64,000 nt of DNA from Psilocybe cubensis (Eukaryota). The stretch lies in the NCBI GenBank assembly GCA_017499595.2, contig CM039006.1:1-64000 (forward strand), read 5' to 3'. Below, one piece after another: positions 60,401 through 64,000 of the stretch (position 1 is the first letter of the stretch; every line of letters starts with the position of its first letter). Position numbers and translations under genes: made by a program. Under the pieces are notes generated by a model. The model searched no databases. It had not been told where the DNA came from and saw nothing but the letters and a program-made list of their open reading frames with translations.

Positions 60401-63400
60401 TCAATTTTTTAAAAGTGAGTACACTAGCTGGGTGTATTAGCTCTCAGTCTCTCTGGTTGCTTCCCCCGCCCCAGCGCCGCCACCACCGCATTCCCCGCGT
60501 CTGCCACATCCTCACGTCCACCTCATCAGTTTTGTCAAGCCACTGCAAACTGCGCGTTAGCCAGCAAGTACTTCCTCATACACCTTGTTGGCTGCAGACT
60601 CCCCGTTTATCACAAGTGACGGGCGTTCTAAGACGTGTCCCATCTTCTGTGTATTGATATGCGTTGACGTAGGAAGCTGGTGATACCAGGTCACTCAATT
60701 CGCCTGCCGGCCTATCGTTCGGCCTCTTGATCTTGTATCATAATATTGTGAGTGCCGTGCTCTTTTTGGGTGGATTTCATTTTGCTACGACACCAACACG
60801 CCTTTCGTTTCACGCTTCTATGCAGCGAAACTGGTAGACCGTAACAATTAAATATATTTCAGATAACTGTGCACTGGACCCTCTTAATGGAAAGATGTGA
60901 AATATCGTCGCTGCTTCGCATCAACCATCTATGGCTGTCCGTTTGCACATTTAATACCAATCTATAAACTTTTTTTTCCATACATAGAAGTCGCAATTAT
61001 GCACAATTCCATATACATAATCTGGTGTCCAGTATAGAGAAAGTTGGTTTCCGAACATATAAATCTTGTATCCATACATTCATAGGTTGCACCCTCGGAT
61101 ACAATTTTCAGTACCATACATGTAGTTTTGGTGCCCACATATACAAATCACAATCCCTTACATAGGGAAAACACTCCCTTTTACACATATTTTGTTCCCT
61201 CACTTATATCTGAAGGTTCCTCGTATGATTATTTCTACCTTTCTTCATCCCGAAGATATACTGTCATTTTTCGGCATTCTGTCGATGCCGTGCATGCCTA
61301 GACATCGTGAGAATCGGCAAATCTCGGCAAATAAGGACACAAATTACAGTTCATTGCCTGTATGCCTGTCGACACACGCTGATTGAACACTTCAAAAGAT
61401 TCACATTTATACAATCAGTAAATATCCTCCTGTGAATGCTGATTGCATAAGTAGATTGTCTTCATAATGTGATACGAGTGCTTTGCGTGCTAAGGCTTAA
61501 AAAGGCCTAACGTTGAGGTTGAAGACAGAAAATTGCATTGGAATAGCCTATATGTAGTCTTATGTTATTTTAATGTATGAATTTATGCTCCTAATGAATT
61601 GTATAATCTTGTAACGACCATCCTACTGTCTTCACAAGTAGCAATCCACTGCAAAGCGGGACAAAAGTCGAGTTCCCACGCCTCTACGGCACGGACGGCA
61701 CGCATAATGCTCTTCTGGACAACTCTATATCTTCGGACAAAAATTAAGATACATGCGGAGAGGGCCACAGACTATGGTACTGAATTTTTTATGTACGGGT
61801 AGCATACCCTTATGTGTGCAGCTCCCATTCAAACTGAAGGGCATGCAAAGACAATGATCGGGATAATTTCTTCTATGCTCGGAAACCATTTCTCTACAAC
61901 CGGGACACCAAGGTATGTAGTTGAGTTCAATCAAAATTGCAACTTATATGTATGGGGAAAGAAGTTTATACTTTGGCATTAAATGTGCAAACGGACAGCC
62001 ATAACCATCTGACCAACAAGATCATTTCCAAGTCACATACAGAACGCACACTCTTTGTCGTCTATTCATCACCACACATTGACAATGGGTATACGCCTCA
62101 GTAACCTCACTGTCCCAATGGCATACATCAACATCAACATGAATACCCGCATGAACATTACTGCCACACACATGTACGCGCGCTTGGGATTAAGCTGGCG
62201 AAAGCAGTGTTTGAGGTGGTTTGAGGATGATACTAGGTTCGTTGATCTTTTGGGTACGTTATCCTTGCTGGCATAGTTGCGTCTCTCCATGTGTGCTTGA
62301 GACGCGTTTCTGACTTGAAACTTGTATCTCGCTGCTTGATTTTCACTTTCCCTATCTCATCGCATCCCACTCATGGCGGTGCATTTGTACATTAATGGAC
62401 ATCCAGTAGACTGTATATTTTTCAATGGATGAATGTATATGACAGGTCGCGAGGGTTCAAATGTTGTAAGGAGGGTACCAAAGTCTATCAATTCAAACGC
62501 ATATAATGGCTTGAAAGGTAAGGAAAGAACTCCACCTCCACACAGTCCATGGTCCAACGTTCGCTATACCGAGATCTCATAAATAGTACACAACTTCCTT
62601 CACTTACGGAACACCGCCAATTTGATTTCATAGAAGATGTCTGAGAGCCTCCGCTTGATATTGTCCGAATTCTCAAAATGCAAACCGAATCCGAGCCAGT
62701 TAGGCTTGTGTACTCGTCCCGCGTCGACTGGAACCAAATAAAATCGCAAGGATACTCGGAAGCGGGTGGATGAGACTTAACATGCATGAATGAGACATAA
62801 ATGAAGGCAAAGCAAGGTAACTCGGACAAAATCTAAATTCTAGACTCAAGGATATATGCTCCATTTGCTTTCTGTGCTGCGAATATACTGAAGCATGCGC
62901 CAGCACGGCGGGCAGGCTGTGGCAGTAATGTTGCGGGAATGAACAAGAACGTCAATTTCCGACCTGCAAAAGCACTTTGAGAGACAGTTACAGAGCATGA
63001 CGTAGAGCACTTGCCAATATCGAGTTCTCCCTGTCAACTTTGCGACCAGACTCCTCAAATTGGTCCCCCTCTTTGCAGTTGGTAATGGCGGCGGACCGGA
63101 CTGAGCACATGTTCTAACACTATGCTGGAAGATTGATGAACCGTCTTCAGCTTCGATTATACTGGGTTCTCCGTGAATGTTATTGTGCAAGCAGTGGAGG
63201 AAGTGAGGACGGTGAATGAGGACGGGACGCAGGCATGCAAACTCGAATCATCAAAAGAGGACAAAATTCAGAGAGCGATTACACACCTTTAACCATTGCT
63301 TAATACACCACCAGATTACCATCCCACTCCTCCAATCTCTATCGAGTAATAGTGATGGTGTCCTATGACATTTAAAAGGATCAAGGACGGGCTGATCGAG

Positions 63401-64000
63401 ATCTCGCAAGCAAGGGGAGTTCACGAATCATCACAATCCCCCAAGTCTTTTAAAGCGGAGATTAAATCGAGTTCTCTTTGCGCCCGTGCCCCGTCAAGGC
63501 GTCTCACTTCATGGATACCTCACTCCTGAAATACTTTCTCGGACTGTAAATCCACGAGCGCTGGTAAGCTCTGTGAGATAAACGCTCCCCCAAACATGTC
63601 CATTGTATGTGTGAAACCAATGTTGCTGTAGGTGGGATACATTTTATAACCGGCAAGCTGTAGTAACTTTGGTGTGTACGTCGCGAGGTCAGGACACCAA
63701 TCAGCAACTAATTCGACGACATAAAATAGCAAGAAATAGTATATACCGCGCAATTCAAAGTGACAATGCATGTGTACTGTTTCCCAGTACATGTTCATCC
63801 GTTGACGTATACAGGGCAATAGTTGATGCACAACTCACTTTTAGCATACACATACTTACCATCTGACGGGGTTTTAGCACTCAATCTCAAAAAAAGAGAT
63901 AATGATACAAACTTAATAAAATGTATTGTAACAAACCCGAAGCACGAAAATAAGGATACAGCAGTGAGCATAATTAAAAAGGAATATTATACAAACACTT

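Noticed and set aside
57500-64000. Short ORFs, including a possibly decayed minus-strand gene near 62300-63200
   Set aside because: Frames are interrupted and no family motif could be identified with confidence.

Overview
Left chromosome-end region of a eukaryote, most likely an agaricomycete fungus (inferred from short spliceosomal introns, a DUF6534-like gene and a fungal-type HSP60 fragment). Bases 1-43050 are a head-to-tail array of about 13 insertions of one endonuclease-less Penelope-like retroelement (Coprina-type). All are on the + strand, share the 3' end ...GCTCCCCCCCTAAA, and are mostly separated by short (CCCTAAA)n telomeric tracts. Five copies keep a full 1176-aa ORF with an RT domain; the rest are 5'-truncated. 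Each 3' UTR carries a hammerhead ribozyme. Main observation: one hammerhead is interrupted, one base before its cleavage site, by a 929-nt sequence (805-1733) with a complete group I (IC1-like) intron fold; a second, truncated copy lies at 10411-10768, and 15 other hammerheads show the exact spliced junction. The internal guide sequence could also pair with the downstream hammerhead, which would circularise exactly one 4411-nt unit (inference). The element also has three short spliceosomal introns: two are precisely missing from one copy, and a predicted third would switch between a basic-tailed ORF1 protein and the ORF1-RT fusion. Bases 43051-64000 are gene-poor subtelomeric DNA with a non-autonomous TIR element (9-bp TSD), a DUF6534-like gene, a 100-N gap and an HSP60 pseudogene fragment.
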